DNA of 63,983 bases, filler included, from Theionarchaea archaeon (GTDB taxonomy: Archaea > Methanobacteriota_B > Thermococci > Methanofastidiosales > SZ-28-30), in the NCBI GenBank assembly GCA_018992565.1. It is 5 parts of 5 records of this genome, joined end to end, with 100 filler letters (N's around TTAATTAATTAA, not from the genome) between each part and the next. Parts side by side here need not be neighbours in the genome. Positions count along the whole stretch, not along the records: positions 48,619 to 56,788 come from JACVGW010000101.1; positions 56,889 to 63,983 come from JACVGW010000112.1; 3 more parts are not named here. One strand, 5' to 3'. Under the pieces are notes generated by a model that saw nothing but the letters and a program-made list of their open reading frames with translations, was not told the origin of the DNA and made no database searches. Positions 53,693 to 61,615 of the stretch are shown here, piece after piece (position 1 is the first letter of the stretch; the number at the start of each line of letters is the position of its first letter). Made by a program: the position numbers and the translations under genes.

Positions 53693-55026
53693 GAAGATCC
53701 CTCCTTCTTCTCTCTTTCCCTTATTTTATCAATCATTTTGCATTTTTCCTCAAATCCTTCATTCTCATAGTAGTAGAATGAGCTGAAAACGTCTGGATTT
53801 CTCCTCACCAGATCTTCCAGTTCAGGGTAACCTCTCAGTCTTTCAGGAGGAGGCAGTGTAGAGCCATTATATGTATTGTCCAGCATGAACTTGAGTGTAT
53901 GAGAATACTCACTGTACAGTGTTGTGGACTGAAATGGCGTCACCAGCGTCATTACCGGCTGGACTCCTGACATCTGGACATCTTCCATCTGAAACATCAC
54001 AGTATCATAGAAATCATCCAGAGACTCTCCAGGAAATCCCCACATATATGATGTGTAAACTCGATCGAAATGTTGATTCGCCCTTACAATGTCCTGTCTC
54101 GCCTCTTCTGGCTTGAATTCTTTCCGTATCTTCTTAAGGATAGAACTAGACCCTGATTCTATTCCCAGAAAGAGAGTATCACACCCGGCATGACTCATGG
54201 ATTCCATGAGCGAGTCCGGCAACATACCGACTCTGCCAGTACAGGACCAGTTCTTATCAATGCCTTCTTTCTTGAGGCTCTCGCAGAATTCCACCACCCG
54301 TTCTTTTTCTAGAACGAAGGTGTCATCAGACAAATTGATCCTGTCAATCTTATCCTCGATTTGCAGCAATTCATCTATAACATTCTCAACAGAGCGTAAC
54401 GTCTTTCTGCTCTTCCAGATGGACTTGACACAGAACGTACACTGGAATGGACAACCCCGGGCAGTAATGACATTTGCCTCTTTCCTGTATTCTCCAAAAT
54501 CGATATGATGATAGGCTGGAAAAGGCACAGAATCCAGATCGACAATTCGCTGCCGCTCCGGTGTGGTCACAATGTTGCCGTTGTCTCTATAGCAGATACC
54601 ATTCACAGAGCTGAGGGAATCTCCCCTGTCAAGAGCCTCCATGATCTCCACAATAGTCCTTTCACCTTCACCCACAACTGCTATATCAACCGCGGAGAGT
54701 TCCAGAAGGCGTTCAGTACTCACCGAGGCAGCTGGTCCTCCAAGTATGACAGTAACATCATGGCTCTCTTTCAGAAGACTCACAGCCTTCAGTACGGAAG
54801 GTAGTGCATTGCAAAAGACACTGATACCCAGAACAGGCGCAGAAGATTCCATGAAATGTGAGAGCACTTCCGGATCTGCCTTTCTTTTCACATCTTCGTT
54901 CTGATAGTCTGTAAATTCAACGGAATACCCGGCTTCTTCCAGAGACGCTGCAATGTACAGGAGGCCAATGCCCAACTGCCCTCTGCCTGCACCAATCACT
55001 GAATTCATCAGAGTAATATCTGTCAT
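53689..55026 (-). CDS. Cobalamin-dependent radical SAM enzyme, putative RiPP methyltransferase 1
   Basis: ILGGPAAS, VVGEGERT, RGCPFQCTFC, GIESGS; likely start MTDITL at 55026 (ORF track gives 55047). Confidence 0.9.
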   Translation of the reverse strand: MTDITLMNSVIGAGRGQLGIGLLYIAASLEEAGYSVEFTDYQNEDVKRKADPEVLSHFMESSAPVLGISVFCNALPSVLKAVSLLKESHDVTVILGGPAASVSTERLLELSAVDIAVVGEGERTIVEIMEALDRGDSLSSVNGICYRDNGNIVTTPERQRIVDLDSVPFPAYHHIDFGEYRKEANVITARGCPFQCTFCVKSIWKSRKTLRSVENVIDELLQIEDKIDRINLSDDTFVLEKERVVEFCESLKKEGIDKNWSCTGRVGMLPDSLMESMSHAGCDTLFLGIESGSSSILKKIRKEFKPEEARQDIVRANQHFDRVYTSYMWGFPGESLDDFYDTVMFQMEDVQMSGVQPVMTLVTPFQSTTLYSEYSHTLKFMLDNTYNGSTLPPPERLRGYPELEDLVRRNPDVFSSFYYYENEGFEEKCKMIDKIREREKKEGSS

Positions 55027-55047
55027 TCCTATCTCCTCTTTCTTCAC

Positions 55048-55323
55048 TCAGACCGTCACAAGACTCTTGTTTTTCAAGTCCTCAATCAATTCTATGGTGT
55101 CAGCCAGGACTTCATCAAACGAGGGAGCACCCTCAATCGTGGTGTGAATCTCCTGCGCAATCTCTCTGATGGTGCGATCACCAGTGCACTGGTTCCATAT
55201 TTCGCGTCCCACTTCGTTAACCACAAAATACTGGGCAGTCATCACGTTGAAGAGGGCCAGATCATCCCCCTGTTCACGTGGCCGGACATGTGCAACTCTT
55301 TTTGGTTTGGCTGTATCTTCCAT
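55048..55323 (-). CDS. Stand-alone PqqD-family RiPP recognition element (RRE)
   Basis: 91 aa; 'YFVVNEVGREIWNQCTGDRTIREIAQEI...DTIELIEDLKNKSLV' fits the PqqD pattern N..G..IW...dG..T..EI...L....L. Confidence 0.9.
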   Translation of the reverse strand: MEDTAKPKRVAHVRPREQGDDLALFNVMTAQYFVVNEVGREIWNQCTGDRTIREIAQEIHTTIEGAPSFDEVLADTIELIEDLKNKSLVTV

Positions 55324-55328
55324 TCATT

Positions 55329-56435
55329 TCACCTCATACACTCTATTTCCTCACAGATTCTCCCGACAGGATAGTCTTCACAAATCTCTGCGTATTCCTT
55401 CCCTGGATCCATGGCCGCTATGGGACATGGCACACATTCCTTGGGGAAAAAATCACATTCGTCACACCTGGGGAGATATTCTGCTATCACATTTGGAGAC
55501 TGCATATAAAACAATCGTTCAAAATCCTCAGAACATAAAATATCGACAATTCCATTCTCCAGGAGACTGCTGCCACGACTGACATATACATCATGATTCT
55601 TGAGGGTGAGGTCCGGGAGAGCACCTTTACAAGGAAAAGCAGTCCCGTCAGCACGGATGAAGATGGTTGACGTGGTCGCCCCACATTTCTTTGGTTCTAT
55701 TGGCAGGTGGATGCCATACTTCTCATTCAAATATTCAATCAAAGGGGGCATGGCAAATAACATAGTGACAAATTCACAATTCATATCAAGTTCAAGAAGG
55801 GTCTCAATAACAGTTTCAGCAAGATGGATGAATTCCAGAGGAGAAAGGATGACACTCCGTTCCATGGTAGCTGCATTTCCCTGATATGACAGCATCTCCA
55901 AAATGACACGAGTGAAATTCATGTCCTTTGCCATTTTGATAAGTGTAGTAACCTCATGAACATTCATTTTGGAAACAACCACATCCATCACCAGTGAATC
56001 CAGAGAATGCGTGGCCACAGCTGAGACATTTCCCACTACCTTGTCGAAATTACTTCCCCTGCGAATGTATGAATAGGTCTCTCTAGAAGCTCCATCAATA
56101 CTCACTGCAACGCCCTTGAGCCCTGCCTCAATAAGAGACTCCAGCAACTCCTCAGTGAGAAGGAGTCCATTCGTGATAATAAACGGGGCTGAATTCCTGT
56201 TCTTTACCTGCCTTACTATCTGTGGAAGGTCTTTCCGAAGCAGCGGTTCGCCTCCGAACATTCCCACATTCGCGATTGGTAGAATACACAGGTTTTCCAG
56301 AACACACATCATGTTCTCTGTGGACAGCTCTGTTTGGTTTCCTCTATACAGAGACGTTGCATAACAATGCCTACAATTAAGGTTACAACGTGGAGTGACA
56401 TCCCAGTCTACAAAGCTCAATCCACCTTTGGCCAT
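55329..56435 (-). CDS. Radical SAM/SPASM-domain peptide maturase
   Basis: CNLNCRHC, GGEPLLR, TNG, VSIDG; SPASM cysteines CGA...IRADG..FPC and CDEC......CVPC plus distal Cys. Confidence 0.9.
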   Translation of the reverse strand: MAKGGLSFVDWDVTPRCNLNCRHCYATSLYRGNQTELSTENMMCVLENLCILPIANVGMFGGEPLLRKDLPQIVRQVKNRNSAPFIITNGLLLTEELLESLIEAGLKGVAVSIDGASRETYSYIRRGSNFDKVVGNVSAVATHSLDSLVMDVVVSKMNVHEVTTLIKMAKDMNFTRVILEMLSYQGNAATMERSVILSPLEFIHLAETVIETLLELDMNCEFVTMLFAMPPLIEYLNEKYGIHLPIEPKKCGATTSTIFIRADGTAFPCKGALPDLTLKNHDVYVSRGSSLLENGIVDILCSEDFERLFYMQSPNVIAEYLPRCDECDFFPKECVPCPIAAMDPGKEYAEICEDYPVGRICEEIECMR

Positions 56436-56514
56436 TACATCACTTTCTTTCGCTTTCTAATCCGTATCTTTGGCGTTCAAAGAATCCTTTGTCAGTGAAT
56501 ACTTCTCTTTGCAT

Positions 56515-56540
56515 AAATAAAAAAAATAGAAAGTAAAGAA
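56515..56540 (-). terminator. U-rich terminator/attenuator between precursor and maturase genes
   Basis: Minus strand reads TTCTTTACTTTCTATTTTTTTTATTT about 20-45 nt after the precursor stop. Confidence 0.55.
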
Positions 56541-56557
56541 GTACTACATTGGTTGAT

Positions 56558-56644
56558 CTAGTATGGCACGGCAGGCAGGCTGATGAGCCACTTGTCTGCT
56601 GTAATCCTTACAGTAATTTCTTCTAATCTGGGCTTTGCGTACAT
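56558..56644 (-). CDS. Putative RiPP precursor peptide, 28 aa: MYAKPRLEEITVRITADKWLISLPAVPY (not in ORF track)
   Basis: ATG at 56644 to TAG at 56558; AGGAGGTGA ribosome site 6 nt upstream (56651-56659); YxxPxL leader motif; first gene ahead of the SPASM and RRE genes. Confidence 0.85.
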   Translation of the reverse strand: MYAKPRLEEITVRITADKWLISLPAVPY

Positions 56645-56713
56645 AAGTATTCACCTCCTTTCATTTTGTACTACAGAATCTAAGACTGATTCTGTTGTTA
56701 GAATTACCCTAAA

Positions 56714-56730
56714 GTATTTATAAGCTTTTC
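56714..56730 (-). promoter_or_regulatory. BRE/TATA promoter for precursor and RiPP operon
   Basis: Minus strand GAAAAGCTTATAAATAC about 70 nt upstream of the precursor ATG. Confidence 0.65.
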
Positions 56731-56762
56731 CATTATTTACAGGATTAATCTCCTTTTATATA

Positions 56763-56780
56763 GAAAAAGGTTTATAGATA
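56763..56780 (+). promoter_or_regulatory. Divergent BRE/TATA pointing into the gap
   Basis: GAAAAAGGTTTATAGATA immediately before the contig end. Confidence 0.45.
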
Positions 56781-56788
56781 ATTCAAAG

Positions 56789-56888
56789 NNNNNNNNNNNN
56801 NNNNNNNNNNNNNNNNNNNNNNNNNNNNNNNNTTAATTAATTAANNNNNNNNNNNNNNNNNNNNNNNNNNNNNNNNNNNNNNNNNNNN
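56789..56888. other. Assembly gap with TTAATTAATTAA linker
   Basis: N run with linker at 56833-56844. Confidence 0.97.
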
Positions 56889-57013
56889 CATTCAGCAGCC
56901 TTTTCTACTCTGAGGGCACCTTTTTCGTCAACAAAGTCCTTTTCCATGTCATTTATCATCAATACTCTCATGAAAACCACAACCTTATTATATCACCTTC
57001 ATATATAAGGTTT

Positions 57014-58192
57014 ATGAGCAAACTTTTCTTCGTGGCATCAGATGAAGAAATCAAGAATGGAAAAACTACAGATATTTATTTTGAGAGAACAGAAGAGATT
57101 TTGAGGAAAAAGGCCATTTCAAAATCCGTGGCAGCAGAAGTGACATGTGGAGGTATCCCCAATTCATGGCCGTGGGGTATATTCTTGGGGACAGAAGACG
57201 TGGCCCGCCTGTTCGAAGGAATTCCTGTCACTGTTTATTCATTGAGAGAAGGTACCTTTTTCAGGGCAAAAGATGACCAGGGAATCAGGACCCCTGTGGT
57301 ACTCATTGAAGGAGATTATGCGTCCTTCTGTGTTTATGAGACTCCCCTATTAGGGTTCATCTGCCAGGCATCCGGGATTGCCACAGCAGCTGCCCGGGTG
57401 AAGAAAGTTGCAGGAGAGAAGACAGTGCTCTCTTTTGGGGCGCGCCGGATGCATCCCTCAATTACACCGATGATTTCCCGGGCCTGCTACCTTGCTGGGT
57501 TTGATGGCGTTTCAGCAGTGATCAGTGCTGACATGCTCCACATCCCTGCAACAGGGACCATGCCTCATGCCTTGGTCATTATCATGCAGGACCATGCTAA
57601 AGCATGGAAAGCCTTTGACGAGATCGTGGACAAAACTGTGAGCAGAGTGGCCTTATGTGATACGTATCTGGATGAAAAACTGGAAACATTGATGGCAGCT
57701 ACTGCTGTAAAAGACCTGTCGGGAGTGAGGCTGGATACTCCTGGTTCCAGGAGAGGGAACTTCAAAGAGATTATCCAGGAAGTCAGGTGGGAGCTCAATC
57801 TGAGAGGATACTCACATATTAAGATCTTCGTTTCAGGAGGACTGGATGAAGACAGCGTACAGGATTTGAAGCCTTTTGTGGACGGATTTGGAGTGGGGAC
57901 CTACGTATCTAATGGAAAGACTATTGATTTCTCCATGGACATTGTGGAGATGGAAGACCAGTATGTGGCAAAGAGAGGCAAGTTCAGCGGGAAAAAGCAG
58001 ATCTACCGGTGTAAAGAATGTTTACGGGACGTTATTGTGCCCTGGAATTCCAGGCCCCCTGAGTGCCATGGCAAGATGGAGCCACTGCTTGAACCACTGG
58101 TGGAAAAAGGAACAATTGTCCAGAAATTCCCATCAGCTTCAAAGACGAGAGACCACGTTCTGGAGCAGGTCAGTCATCTGGACCTGTTCTAG
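57014..58192 (+). CDS. pncB: Nicotinate phosphoribosyltransferase (archaeal type)
   Basis: TTDIYF, SFGARRMHP, GTMPHA, GVRLDTPGSRRG, SGGL, FGVG motifs. Confidence 0.93.
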   Translation: MSKLFFVASDEEIKNGKTTDIYFERTEEILRKKAISKSVAAEVTCGGIPNSWPWGIFLGTEDVARLFEGIPVTVYSLREGTFFRAKDDQGIRTPVVLIEGDYASFCVYETPLLGFICQASGIATAAARVKKVAGEKTVLSFGARRMHPSITPMISRACYLAGFDGVSAVISADMLHIPATGTMPHALVIIMQDHAKAWKAFDEIVDKTVSRVALCDTYLDEKLETLMAATAVKDLSGVRLDTPGSRRGNFKEIIQEVRWELNLRGYSHIKIFVSGGLDEDSVQDLKPFVDGFGVGTYVSNGKTIDFSMDIVEMEDQYVAKRGKFSGKKQIYRCKECLRDVIVPWNSRPPECHGKMEPLLEPLVEKGTIVQKFPSASKTRDHVLEQVSHLDLF

Positions 58193-58230
58193 CAGGCAAT
58201 GCTCAGGGATATTCTGGCAGTCGTGCTGAA

Positions 58231-58917
58231 TTACCGTGGCGAGTTCCGGTCAGGGCCTCGCATACTTTCTGGAACATCTCCTGCGTTGGAGTATCCCCGT
58301 GACTCCCAGTATCCTTCATAGTCATAATCCACAACTTCTATCTGCACCACCCACTTGACCCATTTGTAACCCACTTTATCCGGGACTACCAGCCGTAGCG
58401 GATACCCATGTCCCAGGGGAAGGGTGACTCCATTTATCTTATAGGCCAGAATAGTGTCTTCTTCCAATGCCTTTTCGATGGTGATACTGGAAGAGTAGTC
58501 ATCTGCTGCATAAAAGATAACACTGACTGCTTTCTCAGAATATCCCGCTTTCTCCAGAATGTATTTCACAGGGACTCCTGTCCACTCCCCGGTGGCATCG
58601 AGTCCTGTCACACAGTATAAGTAGGTAACCTGGGTTACTGAGGGAAAGGACAGGATATCATCATATGTCAATGAAAGGGGGGTATTCACCAACCCTGTCA
58701 CTTCCAGGGTCCACTGCGTGGCATCAATTTCCGGTTTAATCCCCAGATCTACTACAAAGAAATCTTCCAGAGGCGTAATCTCTGCTGGTTCTGCTGGTCC
58801 ACTTCCTTGTTCCTGGTATTCAGGATTCACTTCCACTCCCTTCTCAGGCTGTTGTCCAATACATCCTGTGAGAAGAGAAGCCAGAAGAAGGAACAAGAAA
58901 TACTTCATATAGTTCAT
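58231..58917 (-). CDS. Molybdopterin-dependent oxidoreductase (sulfite oxidase/MsrP family), lipoprotein
   Basis: Lipobox LLTGC; W.LEVTGLV, LYCV, HGYPLRLVVPDKVGYKWVKWV, GYWESRGY. Confidence 0.88.
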   Translation of the reverse strand: MNYMKYFLFLLLASLLTGCIGQQPEKGVEVNPEYQEQGSGPAEPAEITPLEDFFVVDLGIKPEIDATQWTLEVTGLVNTPLSLTYDDILSFPSVTQVTYLYCVTGLDATGEWTGVPVKYILEKAGYSEKAVSVIFYAADDYSSSITIEKALEEDTILAYKINGVTLPLGHGYPLRLVVPDKVGYKWVKWVVQIEVVDYDYEGYWESRGYSNAGDVPESMRGPDRNSPR

Positions 58918-59036
58918 ATATCTCTTGATGATTGAAAATATATAAAGTCTTTATTTTTGAACAAAAGTGATAATAAAAGATATCCCTATACTTCATTAGG
59001 AGATGATCCTGCAGATTCTCAGCTCTCACCAGGGCA

Positions 59037-59354
59037 CTACCGGGGGACTCTCCCATCCACATAGAATGCAGACAGCCCCAGCACAATCCCCAGAATCAAC
59101 AAGAAAATGTCCACGGTCTTTCCTTTGATGTGAAACCTCATTAGTTCAATCCGTAGAGCTAAAACCACGTGGACAATCAGGAGGAGTATCAAGGGGAGTT
59201 CGAGCTGAATATGCAGGTCATAGGCCCTTCCTCTGTTCAGGACCTGGAGGTTCCTGGTGTAGGAGTATCCTGTGATGATGACCGCTGCCATGAGAGGCAC
59301 AAGCAGCCATGATACCACCCTGTGAATCTTAAACATGTATCGGTTCAGGTTCAT
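59037..59354 (-). CDS. Three-TM membrane protein with His residues, possible heme-b partner of the oxidoreductase
   Basis: KIHRVVSW, DLHI, IVHVV His-containing helices; adjacent to the MsrP-like gene. Confidence 0.55.
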   Translation of the reverse strand: MNLNRYMFKIHRVVSWLLVPLMAAVIITGYSYTRNLQVLNRGRAYDLHIQLELPLILLLIVHVVLALRIELMRFHIKGKTVDIFLLILGIVLGLSAFYVDGRVPR

Positions 59355-59471
59355 ACTATCCTCCGTGATGTCCCCTATTGAATTGAATCTTTAAATAGCT
59401 TTCATTGAACCTGAAAGTGAAGAAATACTAGAACTCCATTTCCATCTTTTTGTTCTAACAGTACCTCTGAA

Positions 59472-61118
59472 TCAGTAGATGGCAGGTTCCTCATACTCTC
59501 CATAGACCTCTCTCAATACCTGACACACCTCGCCCAGTGTGGCATGATTCTTCACAGCCTCCATGAAATACGGCATCATGTTCTCCTGACCATTTTCGGC
59601 TGCCTTTTCCACGTCTCGCAAGACCTTCTCTACCTTGGATGCATTTCTCTCTTTCTTCAACTTCTGGAGCCTTCTCACCTGCTTCTTTTCCAGTTCAGGA
59701 TCAACCTTCAACAATGGTATAGCAAGTTCTTCCTCAGACGTGAAGTCATTGACTCCCACCACTGTTCTCTTCTTTTCATCAATCTGCTTCTGGTACTCGT
59801 AAGCAGCCCTGGCAATTTCCTGCTGGAAGAACCCCTTCTTTATGGCAGGGAGAACACCGCCAAGGGTTTCAATTCGATCGAAGTACTTTAGCACTTCCTC
59901 TTCCATGTAATCTGTCATGTACTCCACAAAGTAGCTCCCTCCCAAAGGATCAATGGTGTTCACCACACCAGACTCATGGGCAATAATCTGCTGGGTCCTC
60001 AATGCGATGGTTGCTGCTTTCTCTGAAGGTAGAGCGAGGGCCTCATCCATTGAATTGGTATGCAGTGATTGCGTACCTCCCAGAACGGCAGCCAAAGCCT
60101 GTATGGTGGTTCTTACAATGTTATTCTCCGGCTGCTGGGCAGAGAGCGAACACCCTGCAGTCTGCGTATGGAACCGCAACCAGCATGATCTATCCTTCGC
60201 CCCAAACTCTTCTTTCATGATTTTGGCCCAGATTCGCCTGGCTGCTCTGAACTTGGCGATTTCCTCGAAGAAGTCATTGTGACAGTTGAAGAAAAAGGAC
60301 AGACGCGGTGCAAAATCGTCTACATTCAGTCCCCTTTTCACTGCTTCTCGCACATATTCTCTGCCATCTGCCAGGGTGAAGGCCAGCTCCTGAATAGCAG
60401 TTGACCCTGCTTCCCGGATGTGGTACCCGGATATGGATATAGTATTCCAGTAGGGGACCTTCTGAGAGCCAAATTCAAACGTATCAATGATCAGCTTCAT
60501 GGATGGTTCAGGGGGAAATATGAAGGTCTTTTGGGCAATATATTCCTTGAGAATATCGTTCTGAATTGTCCCTGATATTTCTCCTAGAGATGCCCCCTGG
60601 TTCTGGGCGCACACAAGGTATAAAGCCCATACAACGGCTGCGGGGCCATTGATGGTCATGGAGGTAGTAACCTGGTTCAAAGGTATTCCATTGAATAGTG
60701 TCTCCATGTCCTCAAGTGAGGAGATGGCAACACCACACCTTCCAACTTCTCCCTGAGCGAAGGCATGATCTGAATCATATCCATATAACGTAGGAAAGTC
60801 AAATGCAACACTCAACCCTGTATTACCATGGGCCAGAAGGTATTTATACCGCTGGTTAGTCTCTTCTGCAGTTCCAAAGCCCGAAAACAGTCGCATGGTC
60901 CATAATCTTCCCCTGTACATGGTGGGGTGGATCCCCCTGACAAAGGGATACTGGCCAGGAAAAGACAGATCTTTTGCATAATCAAAATGATCAATATCTA
61001 ATGGGGTATATAACCGGTCAATTTCTGTTGATGAAGTGGTGAAAAATCGTTCTCGACGCTCCTTGGGTGTGGAGCTCTCTTCCCACTCTTTTTTCTTATT
61101 TCTCAAGTTGTCCAGCAT
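59472..61118 (-). CDS. Methylmalonyl-CoA mutase, N-terminal (substrate-binding) subunit
   Basis: PGQYPFVRG, GLSVAFD, QNDILKE, ISISGYHIREAG, GGTQSLHTNSMDEAL, DPLGGSY. Confidence 0.95.
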   Translation of the reverse strand: MLDNLRNKKKEWEESSTPKERRERFFTTSSTEIDRLYTPLDIDHFDYAKDLSFPGQYPFVRGIHPTMYRGRLWTMRLFSGFGTAEETNQRYKYLLAHGNTGLSVAFDFPTLYGYDSDHAFAQGEVGRCGVAISSLEDMETLFNGIPLNQVTTSMTINGPAAVVWALYLVCAQNQGASLGEISGTIQNDILKEYIAQKTFIFPPEPSMKLIIDTFEFGSQKVPYWNTISISGYHIREAGSTAIQELAFTLADGREYVREAVKRGLNVDDFAPRLSFFFNCHNDFFEEIAKFRAARRIWAKIMKEEFGAKDRSCWLRFHTQTAGCSLSAQQPENNIVRTTIQALAAVLGGTQSLHTNSMDEALALPSEKAATIALRTQQIIAHESGVVNTIDPLGGSYFVEYMTDYMEEEVLKYFDRIETLGGVLPAIKKGFFQQEIARAAYEYQKQIDEKKRTVVGVNDFTSEEELAIPLLKVDPELEKKQVRRLQKLKKERNASKVEKVLRDVEKAAENGQENMMPYFMEAVKNHATLGEVCQVLREVYGEYEEPAIY

Positions 61119-61404
61119 TTTTCTACCTCCTTACCGTCCTATTGTATTGAGGATTTAAATGTTATGGTAGGGTGAGGGATGGGATGCTGGTAAGGAGTTT
61201 CCTACCAAACCGTGCTGAGCTAGACTTTCACTGTGGGTTTCTCGTTGGAGTCCACTGAAATGGTTAGTATTCTCATGTGAATTGACCACTCAGAGCCAGG
61301 ACTAATCCGTAGTGCTTTTCTTCGGTGGGGCAGCATTTGAGAAACAAAGAGCTCGAAAGGGTTAGACCCCATATTCTTTCATTGAACTTGCCATCATGTA
61401 TATA

Positions 61405-61450
61405 AATTATCCACCGTAAATCGAACAATCATATTCTGCGGTGGATAATT
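61405..61450. repeat. Perfect 12-bp inverted repeat with 22-nt spacer next to a TATA box
   Basis: aattatccaccg (61405-61416) and cggtggataatt (61439-61450); TATATAAA at 61399-61406. Confidence 0.75.
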
Positions 61451-61515
61451 CATCTCACCCCATTAGGTTTATATGGATTGAGTAATCTCTATGAGAGAGG
61501 TGGAATCATGGGCAT

Positions 61516-61615
61516 NNNNNNNNNNNNNNNNNNNNNNNNNNNNNNNNNNNNNNNNNNNNNNNNNNNNNNNNNNNNNNNNNNNNNNNNNNNNNNNNNNNNN
61601 NNNNNNNNNNNNNNN
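61516..61615. other. Assembly gap (100 N)
   Basis: N run. Confidence 0.98.

Noticed and set aside
55048..56644. Lasso peptide cluster interpretation
   Set aside because: The leader motif fits, but there is no asparagine-synthetase-like cyclase or transglutaminase-like peptidase in the segment, and no Asp/Glu at core positions 7-9.
55048..56644. PQQ, mycofactocin or sacti/ranthipeptide pathway
   Set aside because: The peptide lacks the PqqA ExxxY motif, the MftA IDGxCGVY ending and any Cys; no pqqB/C or mftD/E genes are present.
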